Positions 1 through 12,244 of a DNA stretch of 24,357 nucleotides are shown here, piece after piece. Within the stretch, counting starts at the first letter, position 1; each line of letters opens with the position of its first letter. The translations under genes were made by a program, and so were the position numbers. This DNA comes from Acidobacteriota bacterium (lineage in GTDB: Bacteria; Acidobacteriota; Terriglobia; Terriglobales; Acidobacteriaceae). Below the pieces are notes generated by a model. It saw only the letters and a program-made list of their open reading frames with translations. It made no database searches and was not told where the DNA came from. The DNA lies in the NCBI GenBank assembly GCA_021851625.1, contig JAJZCX010000001.1, positions 1 through 24,357 of the forward strand, in the 5' to 3' direction.

Positions 1-290
1 GCTTGACCATCCTCAATGTTGGTATTGATGATGGCTTGCTGTGTGTTCGCCATGTCGGCATAAATACCGGGAATGCGAACCGTTAAAACTACACCCGGTT
101 GAGTGATGCGATTGTAGTCTGGCCTAAACATTACCATTCCGACCTTTGTTATTGGGTAATCTGCTTGAAGCGCAGCAAGTAAAGCCGCGTTGTTATTTTC
201 TGCATAACTGCAAGTTGAAAATGAAAGGATGATGAGGGTAACGGCGGCTAGGAACAAGCTCGGTGAGCGGAGACAAGAACGAATTTGCAC
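1..290 (-). CDS. Hypothetical secreted protein, 5' part only (runs off the left edge)
   Basis: Manual translation from GTG at 290: MQIRSCLRSPSLFLAAVTLIILSFSTCSYAENNNAALLAALQADYPITKVGMVMFRPDYNRITQPGVVLTVRIPGIYADMANTQQAIINTNIEDGQ..., open to the window edge. Signal-peptide-like N-terminus ending in SYA; GAAGGA RBS-like motif ~10 nt upstream. Not in the supplied ORF track. Confidence 0.7.
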   Translation of the reverse strand, partial: MQIRSCLRSPSLFLAAVTLIILSFSTCSYAENNNAALLAALQADYPITKVGMVMFRPDYNRITQPGVVLTVRIPGIYADMANTQQAIINTNIEDGQ

Positions 291-339
291 GAGTAGGTAA
301 TCCTTCCATGTAGATCGGATAATTTTAATTCTGTGCCCG

Positions 340-345
340 ATTATA
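340..345 (-). promoter_or_regulatory. Putative sigma70 -10 element (TATAAT) for the left-edge gene
   Basis: Perfect TATAAT on the minus strand ~50 nt upstream of the GTG, in an AT-rich gap; no convincing -35. Confidence 0.4.
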
Positions 346-407
346 GACACTGAGCAATCTTGTTGAAAATAGTGAAAATTAGAGCAGAATCGAGTTCGTC
401 GCCAGAG

Positions 408-1256
408 TTAGCGCAACAGGTCTTCGAGTTCCAGCGACAGCTCGGTTTTTTCGTCGCGGTACTTGATGATGACCGGCGTTGAGAGCGACAGGCCCCACTC
501 CGCACCTTGGCCGCGCTGAATGGGACGCGAGCCGGGAACGACGACGGCTCCAGCGGGAATGATGAGCGGAGCGTTGGCCGAGGCGCGCAGAATCTCTCCG
601 CGCACGGTGTCATAGACCGGAGTGGAGCGCGTGAGGATGACGCCTGCACCCAACACGGCGCGCTGGCGCAGAATGGTTCCCTCATACACGCCGCAGTTGC
701 CGCCGATGAGCGCGTCGTCTTCAATGATGACCGGGCTGGCATTGATCGGCTCCAGCACGCCGCCGATCTGCGCCGCGGCGCTGATGTGTACGCGCTTGCC
801 AATCTGCGCGCAAGAGCCGACGAGTGCGTGCGAGTCCACCATGGTGCCCGCGTCCACGTATGCGCCGACGTTGACGTACATCGGCGGCATGCAAACCACG
901 CCAGCGGCAACGTAAGCACCCGCGCGAATGGAGGAGCCGCCGGGAACAATGCGTACTTGATCCGCAGCGGAAAAGCGCCGCGCGGGATAGGTGTGCTTGT
1001 CCACGAAGGTAAGGTCTGTGCCGGTGGAGGCAAGCTGACCCAAGCGGAAACCGAGCAGGATGCCGCGCTTGACCCAAGCGTTGACGCGCCAGCCGATGGA
1101 AGCGGCGGCATCGGGTGCGGCAGAGCGCAGCGTGCCAGCTTCGAGCGCGGAGCGCAATTCGAGAAAGGCGGCTTCTGCCTGCGCGTCTCCGATGGCGGCT
1201 GCACCTGCGGCAAAGGCCGCTTCAATGCGAGATTCGAGTTGGGAAAAATCTGTCAT
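408..1256 (-). CDS. dapD: 2,3,4,5-tetrahydropyridine-2,6-dicarboxylate N-succinyltransferase (282 aa)
   Basis: W[15 protein letters not shown], RIVPGG, hexapeptide repeats ([43 protein letters not shown]). Start set at ATG 1256, which overlaps the dapA stop (ATGA). Confidence 0.95.
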   Translation of the reverse strand: MTDFSQLESRIEAAFAAGAAAIGDAQAEAAFLELRSALEAGTLRSAAPDAAASIGWRVNAWVKRGILLGFRLGQLASTGTDLTFVDKHTYPARRFSAADQVRIVPGGSSIRAGAYVAAGVVCMPPMYVNVGAYVDAGTMVDSHALVGSCAQIGKRVHISAAAQIGGVLEPINASPVIIEDDALIGGNCGVYEGTILRQRAVLGAGVILTRSTPVYDTVRGEILRASANAPLIIPAGAVVVPGSRPIQRGQGAEWGLSLSTPVIIKYRDEKTELSLELEDLLR

Positions 1257-2167
1257 GACGGCAGCAGACCCAATTCCTGCGCCAGCGCGCGCAGCCGGTT
1301 GCGTGTGTCGGGTTGCACGGGCACCATGGGCAGGCGGTAATTTTCTTCGATGCGACCCATCATCGAGAGCACACACTTGATGGGGCCGGGATTGGTCTCA
1401 AGAAAGTTGCCCGTCATCAGCGCGTAGCAGCGGCGATGCAGTGCGCGTGCCGTGGTCCAATCTCCGCTGAGTGCGGCAGAGACCATCTGCGCCATTTGCG
1501 CGGGGATGGCATTTGATGCAACGGAGATGACGCCCGCGCCGCCCACAGCAACCACGGCCAACGCGATGTTGTCATCGCCAGAGAAGACGCGCAGGTGCGG
1601 CGGAGCCATGTGGATCAGCTCGGTGATCTGTTGCAGGTTGCCGCTGGATTCCTTGACGGCGACGATGTTGCCCAACTCGGCCAGGCGAATCGCGGTCTCC
1701 GGCAAAAGATTTGCGCCTGTGCGTCCGGGAATGTTGTAGAGCATGACGGGCAGGTGCGTCGCCTCTGCAATGGCGCGGAAGTGTAGATATTGGCCCTGTT
1801 GCATGGGCTTGTTGTAATACGGATTGGCGGTGAGCACGCCGCTGAGACCGTGGATGCGATGAAGCAACTGCACGCGGCGCACGGCCTCTTGCGTGGAGTT
1901 GTGCGTGCAACCGGCGAGGATGGGAACGCGGCCTTCGGCGGCTTCCACCACCAACTCAATGACGCGCAGCCACTCCTGCTCGCGCAGCGTCGGAGCTTCT
2001 CCAGTGGTGCCACAGGGAATCAGGAAGTGTATGCCGCATTCGATCTGCCACTGCACCAGCGCGGTGAGCGCGGCCTCGTCGATACTGCCATCGGCGCGGA
2101 AGGGCGTGACCAGCGCGGTGCCGCAGCCGGAGAAATCCATTCCGATTTTTTGCGCGTGCGTGGGCAT
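1253..2167 (-). CDS. dapA: 4-hydroxy-tetrahydrodipicolinate synthase
   Basis: [28 protein letters not shown] and the Schiff-base Lys in AVKESSG. Alternative start at 2140 (MDFSGCGT). Confidence 0.96.
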   Translation of the reverse strand: MPTHAQKIGMDFSGCGTALVTPFRADGSIDEAALTALVQWQIECGIHFLIPCGTTGEAPTLREQEWLRVIELVVEAAEGRVPILAGCTHNSTQEAVRRVQLLHRIHGLSGVLTANPYYNKPMQQGQYLHFRAIAEATHLPVMLYNIPGRTGANLLPETAIRLAELGNIVAVKESSGNLQQITELIHMAPPHLRVFSGDDNIALAVVAVGGAGVISVASNAIPAQMAQMVSAALSGDWTTARALHRRCYALMTGNFLETNPGPIKCVLSMMGRIEENYRLPMVPVQPDTRNRLRALAQELGLLPS

Positions 2168-2205
2168 GGCAAGGTGCTCTCTTTGGAGTTTACCAGCGAA
2201 GGCGG

Positions 2206-2889
2206 CTAGAGAATCTGCGGAAAGACTTCACTGAAGTTGTAGCAGCCGGTGCGCGTGGAGAGCCACTCCGCGGCGCGAACCGCTCCGACGGCAAAACAGC
2301 GGCGCGAGTGCGCGATGTGCTCGATGGAGATGCGCTCCTCGTCCGTGGTCAAATCCAACCGATGCAGGCCGACGGCATCGCCTTCGCGGTGCGAGGTGAT
2401 TTCTACCTTTGCGCCGAAGGGCGTGGCCTGGAGCACGGATTGCAGCGAGAGCGCCGTGCCAGAGGGTGCATCTTTTTTCGAGACGTGGTGCGTCTCTTCG
2501 ATGTGGAAGTGAAAATTACTGGCTTCGCGGCCCAACAGGTCGGCCACGCGGTTGAGCAGTTGCACGCCAAAGGAAAAATTGGTTCCGTAGAGCAGGCCCG
2601 CATGTTTGCGCTCGGCCAAGGAACGCATCGCGTCCAAATGCGCGTACCAGCCGGTGGTGCCGATGACGATTTTGGCTCCAGCGGACAGGCAGGCGCGCAG
2701 ATTGGAGACGGCAGCCTCTGGCGTGGTGAAGTCGATGACGACATCAGAGGTGGCCAGCAGCGCGGGCGTGAGCGCGGCAGCGCCGGTGTTTTCGACTTCA
2801 TCCAGCGTGTGCACGCTGTGGTTGCGCTCGCGCGCAACGGTGGCGACCAGTGTGCCGGTTTTTCCGCGCCCTAAAACCAGAATGCGCAT
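2206..2889 (-). CDS. dapB: 4-hydroxy-tetrahydrodipicolinate reductase, short form (227 aa)
   Basis: Rossmann start MRILVLGRGKTG, IDFT, VIGTTG, NFSFGV, ETHHxxKKDAPSGTA; GGAG RBS upstream of ATG 2889. Confidence 0.93.
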   Translation of the reverse strand: MRILVLGRGKTGTLVATVARERNHSVHTLDEVENTGAAALTPALLATSDVVIDFTTPEAAVSNLRACLSAGAKIVIGTTGWYAHLDAMRSLAERKHAGLLYGTNFSFGVQLLNRVADLLGREASNFHFHIEETHHVSKKDAPSGTALSLQSVLQATPFGAKVEITSHREGDAVGLHRLDLTTDEERISIEHIAHSRRCFAVGAVRAAEWLSTRTGCYNFSEVFPQIL

Positions 2890-2908
2890 GGGGATGGCTC
2901 CAGAAGTT

Positions 2909-4339
2909 CTAATGCTTGGCCACGGTCTCGTGTCGTGCGGCGTCGCGAGCGGCCACATCGAAGATGGTGGGGTCAGGGTCTTGGAAGAAATGTTTGTGCA
3001 ACGATTGCACGGCCTCTTCCACGTCGCCCTCCTCCATCATGAAGCTCATGTTGATCTCGGACGCACCTTGAGAAATCATGCGCACGTTGACGTGACGGAT
3101 GGCGTTGAAGACCTGCGCGGCGATGCCGGCCTGGCCGCGAATGTTTTCTCCCACCATGCAGATGAGCGCCTTGCGGCCCTCGTACTTCACCTCTGCCAGC
3201 TTGCTCAAGTCGGCGGCAATCTGCGGCAGGCGCTCGTTCGAATCCACGGTGAGCGAGACGCTGACCTCGGATGTGGAGACCATGTCCACCGGGCACTTGT
3301 GCCGGTCGAAGACCTCAAAGATGGCGCGCAGATAGCCGTGCGTCATCAACATGCGGCCCGCGACGACATCAATGATGGTGAGCTTGCGCTTGACCGCGAT
3401 GGACTTGAATGGATTGCGGCAGTGCGGTGCCTGCGCGGCGATGAGCGTGCCGCCGTTGTCTGGATTTTTTGAGTTGAGCACCCAGACAGGAATATTTTTT
3501 TGCACGGCGGGCAAAATCGTGGCCGGGTGCAGTACCTTGGCTCCGAAGTAGGCCAGTTCCGCAGCCTCTTCAAAGCTGATGGACTTGACGCGCAGCGCAT
3601 CGGCGCAGAGGCGTGGATCGGTGGTCATGATGCCGTTGACATCGGTCCAGATTTCAATCGAGCTTGCATCCAAGCCGCGTCCGACGAGTGCGCCGGTGAA
3701 GTCAGAGCCGCCGCGACCGAGTGTGGTGGTGATGCCTTCGGCAGTGGCTGCGATGAAGCCGCCCATGACGGGAATTTTTTTCTGGTTCAGCAGCGGGCGA
3801 ACGTGGCGCGTGAGATTCTGTTCCGTTTCCAGTTCCAGCGGAACGGCGCGGCCATGCTGCGCGTCGGTAATGATGCAGGTGCGCGCGTCCACATGCGCGC
3901 CGTCCAAGCCGCGCTGTGCAAAGTAGTCGGCGATGATGCGGCTGGAGAGACGCTCGCCATGCGAGACGACCAGGTCGGAGGTGCGCGGCGTCAGTTCCTG
4001 CACGGCGGCCAAGCCGCGCAGCAGGTCTTCGAGTCCGTGGAATTGCTGCTCCAACCACTCGATGAGTGCTTGCAGCGGGGCACCGGTGACCAGCGCAGCG
4101 GCGGTCTCCATGTGGCGATGACGCAGGCGCGCGCTGATGGCCAGCGCACCGGCTCCATCGCCGCGTTCGGCAGCTTGAGCCGCGGCGATCAACTGATCGG
4201 TGACCTTGGCCATGGCGCTGACAACCACCACGGGCGCGAGGCTCTTGGCGCGGCGGCCTGCAACAATCTCCGCCGTGCGACGCATGGCGGCGGCATCCTC
4301 GACCGAGGTGCCACCAAACTTCATCACAACGATCTTCAT
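2909..4339 (-). CDS. lysC: Aspartate kinase, lysine-sensitive AK-III-like with two ACT domains (476 aa)
   Basis: MKFGGTSV, VVVVSAM, GERLSS, TTLGRGGSDFT, IWTDV, ELAYFGAKVLHP, STSEVSVSLT; ATG 4339 overlaps the asd stop. Confidence 0.95.
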   Translation of the reverse strand: MKIVVMKFGGTSVEDAAAMRRTAEIVAGRRAKSLAPVVVVSAMAKVTDQLIAAAQAAERGDGAGALAISARLRHRHMETAAALVTGAPLQALIEWLEQQFHGLEDLLRGLAAVQELTPRTSDLVVSHGERLSSRIIADYFAQRGLDGAHVDARTCIITDAQHGRAVPLELETEQNLTRHVRPLLNQKKIPVMGGFIAATAEGITTTLGRGGSDFTGALVGRGLDASSIEIWTDVNGIMTTDPRLCADALRVKSISFEEAAELAYFGAKVLHPATILPAVQKNIPVWVLNSKNPDNGGTLIAAQAPHCRNPFKSIAVKRKLTIIDVVAGRMLMTHGYLRAIFEVFDRHKCPVDMVSTSEVSVSLTVDSNERLPQIAADLSKLAEVKYEGRKALICMVGENIRGQAGIAAQVFNAIRHVNVRMISQGASEINMSFMMEEGDVEEAVQSLHKHFFQDPDPTIFDVAARDAARHETVAKH

Positions 4340-5424
4340 GCGCGTGCTCCTGTGGCAGACTGCGCTGCGCCAGCGGGTTGCAGTTTGCCTTGTGCGGCCA
4401 GCAACTCGGCGTTCAGCAAAGCAGCGCCAGCAGCGCCGCGAATGGTGTTGTGCGAGAGCACGGTGAACTTCCAATCGAGCAGACTGCACGGGCGCAGGCG
4501 TCCGGTGACGGAGGCCATGCCGCGTCCGCGCATCCGATCCAAACGTGGCTGCGGGCGATCGACGGCGCTGTCAAACTCCACCGGCTGATCGGGCGCTGTG
4601 GGCAGGTTCATGCCGCGCAACGGTTGAAACTCGCGCCATGCGTCGAGAATCTGTTCGCGCGTGGCGGGCGTGCGCAGTTGAATGCTAACGCTCTCAGTGT
4701 GTCCGTCTTCCACGGCGACGCGGTTGCAGTGCGCGCTCACCTTGGCATCGAGATGCGTAATGTGTTTGCCGTGCAGCTTGCCGAGCAGTTTGCCGGTCTC
4801 TTCTTCGAGCTTCTCTTCTTCATTGCGAATGAAGGGAACGACGTTGCCGAGGATGTCCAGAGAGGGCACGCCTGGGTAGCCAGCGCCGCTGACGGCCTGC
4901 ATGGTGCTGACGAAGATGGCGCGAATGCCGAAGCGCTCTTCGATCGGCTTGAGCGCGAGCACCAGGCCGATGGCCGAGCAGTTGGGATTGGTGACGATGT
5001 AGCCGCCGCTGGATTTGCGCCAGCTTTGCTCTTCGAGCAAGGCGAGGTGATCGGCGTTGACCTCTGGAATGACCAGGGGCACATCGGCCTGCATGCGAAA
5101 GGCGCTGGAGTTGGAGATGACGGCGCAGCCTGCGGCGGCAAACTTCGGCTCCATATCGCGCGCGATGTCACTGTCGAGGGCAGCGAAGATGATCGACGGT
5201 GCGCCCTGCGGCGTGGCCGGAGAGACGGGCATGGCTGCGATGTGCGCAGGCAGCGGCGTGTCCAGCTTCCAACGCACGGCTTCGCCGTAAGGTTTGCCAC
5301 TGGAGCGGTCGCTGGCCGCCAGCCAAGTGATATTGAACCAAGGATGGTTTTCGAGGAGTTGAATGAAGCGCTGACCCACCATTCCAGTCGCGCCCAGAAT
5401 GCCTATATTGTGCTTTGCGTGCAT
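4336..5424 (-). CDS. asd: Aspartate-semialdehyde dehydrogenase (archaeal/fungal-like subfamily)
   Basis: GILGATGMVGQRF, HPWF, SNSSAFRM, catalytic NPNCS, QAVSGAGYPG, CNRVAVEDGH, catalytic HNTIRGAAG. Confidence 0.96.
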   Translation of the reverse strand: MHAKHNIGILGATGMVGQRFIQLLENHPWFNITWLAASDRSSGKPYGEAVRWKLDTPLPAHIAAMPVSPATPQGAPSIIFAALDSDIARDMEPKFAAAGCAVISNSSAFRMQADVPLVIPEVNADHLALLEEQSWRKSSGGYIVTNPNCSAIGLVLALKPIEERFGIRAIFVSTMQAVSGAGYPGVPSLDILGNVVPFIRNEEEKLEEETGKLLGKLHGKHITHLDAKVSAHCNRVAVEDGHTESVSIQLRTPATREQILDAWREFQPLRGMNLPTAPDQPVEFDSAVDRPQPRLDRMRGRGMASVTGRLRPCSLLDWKFTVLSHNTIRGAAGAALLNAELLAAQGKLQPAGAAQSATGARA

Positions 5425-5448
5425 GATCGTGAATAACTCTACTTTACT

Positions 5449-5454
5449 AGTCTA
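5449..5454 (-). promoter_or_regulatory. Possible -10 element (TAGACT) for the asd-lysC-dapB-dapA-dapD operon
   Basis: TAGACT on the minus strand 24 nt upstream of the asd ATG, in a 44-nt gap. Confidence 0.3.
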
Positions 5455-5468
5455 GCGCCTGCGCCGTT

Positions 5469-6266
5469 TCAGCGCGAGAAGGTGAAGTCAGCATGAACCG
5501 TTCCGTGTGCGGGTACGGTGATTTGCAGCACCTGGCTGGGCAATTTTTCATGAATAGCGGCCAGCGTGTACGTGCCCGGCGGCAGCCCGGTGATGGTGAA
5601 GTGTCCGTCGGCATCGGAGACCGCGTAAAACGGACTTTGCGCGACGTTGATGAAGGCTTCCATCCACGGATGGTTGTTGCAGCGCACGGGCAGCATCAGC
5701 TCCGGCATGGGAAAGATGTGCTGCTCTGGCTGGCCCATCGGGGCCTGCGAGATGTCCACAGCAACGTTGCCGGGTGCGGTTGGTTCCAAGTGAACGTTGT
5801 GCATGGTGGGATCGTCAGTGTGGAACTCGACCGGCTGGCCAGCCATGACGCCGATGACGTGCGGCGTATAGCGGCAGCCCTTTTGGTCGAGCACCACGGG
5901 CGTGGCCGACGGCGCGTAGCGCTTGGCTCCCAAGCCCGATTGCACGTAGAGGAAGACGTTGGCCAGTCCGCCGTCGTGCACGACATATTGCTCGGTGAGG
6001 TTGGGTGTTTTGCTGGCGAAGGCGCAGGCCGGGTCTTGCGCCATGTCAATGCGGATGCGCTGGGGCACAGCGCCCTTCCAGTGGATGGTGCCGGTGATGG
6101 ATCCCGCAGTAGCCGGATCGATTTTTGTATACGTGACAGCCGCAGCCGGCTGGCTTTGATCATTCGTAAGAACAAGAGGCGGCTTAATCTGCTGGCAGCC
6201 GGTGGAGGCGAACAGCAAGGCTGCGGAGCCAACCGCGAGTGGGAAGAGTCGGAGAGAAAACTTCAT
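5469..6266 (-). CDS. Putative lipoprotein with cupredoxin-like domain and C-terminal carboxypeptidase-regulatory-like (CarboxypepD_reg) domain (265 aa)
   Basis: Hydrophobic leader ending ASTGC (lipobox-like); HNVH and CNNHPWM motifs; C-terminal DADGHFTITGLPPGTYTLAA pattern; ATGA overlap with the nrdR stop. Confidence 0.8.
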   Translation of the reverse strand: MKFSLRLFPLAVGSAALLFASTGCQQIKPPLVLTNDQSQPAAAVTYTKIDPATAGSITGTIHWKGAVPQRIRIDMAQDPACAFASKTPNLTEQYVVHDGGLANVFLYVQSGLGAKRYAPSATPVVLDQKGCRYTPHVIGVMAGQPVEFHTDDPTMHNVHLEPTAPGNVAVDISQAPMGQPEQHIFPMPELMLPVRCNNHPWMEAFINVAQSPFYAVSDADGHFTITGLPPGTYTLAAIHEKLPSQVLQITVPAHGTVHADFTFSR

Positions 6267-6799
6267 GAGTGTTTTTTCCCTTCGAGGCTGTTGCCCGCCA
6301 AAGGTCGCGTGGATTTGGTTGCGCGGGCCTTGGCGTCGGCGCTGGTGTGGCTGCTGAGCAGACCTTCCAATTCGGCTTTGAATTCGTTGACATCCTTGAA
6401 GTCCCGATGCACGGAGGCGAAGCGGATGTAGGCCACGGTGTCAATGGACTTCAATTCGCGCATGATCTGGTCGCCGATCTCGCCGGAGGTGCGCTCGCGC
6501 TCTGCTGAATCGACGACGAAGCGCTCCACCTCGTTGACGATGGACTCGAGGCGCGCGGCGGAGACGGGGCGTTTTTCGCAGGCACGCAGCAGACCGCTTA
6601 GAATTTTTTGGCGATCGAATCTTTCGCGGCGGCCATCTTTTTTGGCGACCATATAGGGAATTTCGTCGAGGCGCTCATAGGTGGTGAAGCGCTTTTCACA
6701 GCGCTCACACTCGCGGCGGCGGCGGATGGAGTCCGCCTCCTTGCTCTCGCGCGAGTCCACAACCCGGTCTTGGGTAAAGCCGCAATAGGGACACTTCAT
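6263..6799 (-). CDS. nrdR: Transcriptional repressor NrdR (178 aa)
   Basis: MKCPYCG...RVVDSR...IRRRRECERCEKRFTTYE zinc ribbon, ATP-cone (KKDGRRERFDRQK), VAYIRFASV. Confidence 0.96.
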   Translation of the reverse strand: MKCPYCGFTQDRVVDSRESKEADSIRRRRECERCEKRFTTYERLDEIPYMVAKKDGRRERFDRQKILSGLLRACEKRPVSAARLESIVNEVERFVVDSAERERTSGEIGDQIMRELKSIDTVAYIRFASVHRDFKDVNEFKAELEGLLSSHTSADAKARATKSTRPLAGNSLEGKKHS

Positions 6800-6809
6800 C
6801 GCTGTAGCG

Positions 6810-6818
6810 ATTCTAACA
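6810..6818 (-). promoter_or_regulatory. Putative extended -10 promoter (TGtTAGAAT) for nrdR
   Basis: TG-n-TAGAAT 10 nt upstream of the nrdR ATG, which has no RBS; implies a near-leaderless transcript. Confidence 0.4.
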
Positions 6819-6860
6819 ACCTGCACGCAGGCGCAGCGGAATTTGTTTGTGTGGCGGGGA

Positions 6861-9365
<2,505 letters not shown>

Positions 9366-9482
9366 GCGGTTTCGCCTCCTGACTTTGCAAGCGGGGAACG
9401 AATGGTGCTGCGCCGGAGCAGCGACTGTACAGATTTAGGATGCTCCGCTTCTGTGCGTTGATGCAAGATGCACAGAAAAAAA

Positions 9483-12166
9483 TTACTTCGCTGGAGTGGC
9501 TGGAGTGCCGTTCTTGTCCTTGTTGGAGCCGCCGCCATCTTTAAAGACGCCAAAGACTCTGCCGAAGAATCCCTTTTTCTTTTCTGGTGCTTCGGTCTGC
9601 GTCGGAGCGGGCGTTGCAGGCGTCGTGCCCGTGGCGGTCGTCGTTGCAGGCGTGGATGGCGCAGCGGTTCCGGTGCTGGCTGTAGCCGGAATTGCTGGGG
9701 AGGGTGAGCTTCCACCCAGGCCAAAGATCTTTTGGAAGATGTTGCGCTGGTCGCCGTTGGGATGGTCGCAGGTGGCGGTGGGCTGCGTGCCATCGAGGAA
9801 GGCGGCGTCGTAATCATCCGGGCAGGCAGAGTCGGCGAGCAAGTTGGTTGCGTTGTCGAGCGAGACGATGGAGACGCCCGGCGGTGGATCAAAGTATTTT
9901 GTGTCGGAGTACTGCGGCAACGCCGTGGCGCGCCGCATAAACTCCGCCCAGATGGGAACGGCGGCCTGCGAGCCTTCCAGCTTGAGGTCTGTGTAATCGT
10001 CATTGCCCACCCAGACCACACAAAGCAGATTGCTGGTGAAGCCGGCGAACCATGCGTCGTGCTCGGTGCCGGTTTTTCAGCAGCCGGTGCAGTGAATCCC
10101 AGACCGCGCACGCTGGCGGCGGTGCCGTGGTTGATGACGTCTTCCATCAGGCTGAGCGTGAGGTAAGCCACGCGCGGATCGAGAATCGGCGTGGATTGCG
10201 TGGTGAAGTTGTCCACCACATCGCCATTGGGCGCACGGACGCTGGCGATCATCCACGGCTGCAAGCGAATGCCGCTGTTGGCAAAGAGGGTGTAGGCTCC
10301 GGCGATGTCGAGCGGCGTGGCGTCATAGGTGCCGATGGCCATGGCCGGTGTGGCTTCCACAGAGGTGATGCCCGCCTGATGTGCCAGATTGGCCACGTTG
10401 TCATAGCCGACCATCTGCGCCAGCGCGACGGTGGCGATGTTCTGCGACATCATCAGCCCAAAGCGCGCAGTGATCATGCCATAGACTTCATTTTTGAAGT
10501 TGTGCGGCTCGTACTGTTCCGTGCCGTTGTCAAAGCTGAAGGTCTGGTCGGCATCGTTCAACTGTGTGACGGCGGTGAAGACGCTTTGCTGGCCCGGCAG
10601 AGGAACGCCAGTCAGGCTGCTGTTGAAGGCCGCGGCGTAAACAAACGGCTTGAAGACCGAGCCAGTGGGACGCTTGGCGATGGCGTGGTTCAACTGACTC
10701 ATGCCATAGTTGCTGCCGCCGACCAGTGCCAGCACCTGGCCCGTGTGCGGATCCAGCGCGATGAGCGCCACCTGCGGATAGACAATGTTGGGCTTGACGA
10801 TGACCACGCCCTTGCGCGTGCGATAGGTATTGCGCTTGAGAATGATGGCGTCGGTCTTGCTCATGCCCAGCGCGATGGCCTCCGTGGCCGCGCGCTGCAA
10901 GTCAGGATCGAGCGAGGTGTAGATGTGCAGCCCTTCGCCGTTAATGTCGCGGTCGCCGTAGCGCTGTGTAATCTGATCGCGCACCAGATCGACAAAGTAC
11001 GGCGCTTCGTCTTCATCCACGCTGAAGGGGGCCACGCCCAGCGGTGCTGCCTTGGCTGCCGCGGCCTGCTCTGCGGTGATGGCGTGCGTGCCCACCATGG
11101 CGTCCAGCACCAGATTGCGGCGATCTATTGCGCGGCGGGGATGGCGGTAAGGCGACAAATAACTAGGGCGCTGGATGATGCCGGCCAGCAGCGCGCACTG
11201 CGGCAGCGTCAACTCGCGCACGTCGCGGCCAAAGTAGGCCTGCGCGGCCTCACCCATGCCATTGATGGAAAAGCTGCCACGCTGGCCCAGTGGAATCTCG
11301 TTGGCGTACATCTCGAAGATTTTTTGCTTGCTGAAGCGGTGCTCCAACTGAAAGGTGATGGCGATTTCGATGATCTTGCGTTTGTAGCGCTTCTCTGGCG
11401 AAAGAAAAAATCCGCGCGCCAGTTGCATGGTGATCGTCGAGGCACCCTGGCCTTTATGGCCGGTGCGAATATCCGCGATAAAAGCGCCGATGAGGCGGTA
11501 GTAATTGACGCCGCCATGCTCAAAAAAGCGGCGGTCTTCAATGGCCAAAACGGCCTGCACTAGTTGCGGCGGCAGATCGTCGTAGGTGACCAATCTGCGC
11601 TTGGCTCGGTTCTTGTCGGATAGGCCGGTGACCAGCAACGGCTCCAATTCATAGGAGGCGAGCGGCTGGTGTTTGTCGCCGAGGATCGCGCTGACTACGC
11701 CGTTGGCTGTGAGGATGGTTGCACCATCGGGAGCGTGATAGGACTGCGGGCCAGGTTGAATGTGAATGCTGTCTGTGCCGAGGCTGTAGGTGCCCAGCGG
11801 CGAGGGCGAGCGTTCGCCGTCTTCTGTATATCCGGCGGCGCGTAGGTCGTTGGCGATGGCCTGCACGGTGTATTTTTGCCCGGGGCGCACCTCGCGCGGC
11901 GCGGCGTAGATTTGGGCCGTGTTGGCGAAGATGGGGCCGCTCAGCCGCGCATCGACGACCGTTTTGTATTCGAAATAATAGTGGCCAAAGATGACTGCGC
12001 CGACTGCGCCCAGCACCAGCAGGCAAGCGATGAAAACCGCCGACAGTCCCAGCAGAATTTTGGCATACAGCGGCCAGCGTGCGATGCGCGCGCGCCAAGT
12101 GTTGTTGGGCTGCATCCAAGGTTGCGCGGGTTGGGGAACTATATCCATGCCGAATTTAATTCGCAT
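9483..12166 (-). pseudogene. Class A (bifunctional transglycosylase/transpeptidase) penicillin-binding protein, split by a 1-nt frameshift at ~10078 (real lesion or sequencing error)
   Basis: TM anchor, UB2H-like region, EDRRFFEHGG, GASTITMQLAR, SVFK, SQN. The KTGT-EHDAWFAGFT...VWVGND segment continues in the -1 frame to TAA at 9483. Restoring one G gives an uninterrupted 894-aa ORF. Confidence 0.9.
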
Positions 12167-12244
12167 CCGCGCGCCCAACCAATGTGCAGCGCGTGGTCCT
12201 ACAGCGGCAGAGAACAAAACAACAGTGCAGTTGTGCGTGCTTGT

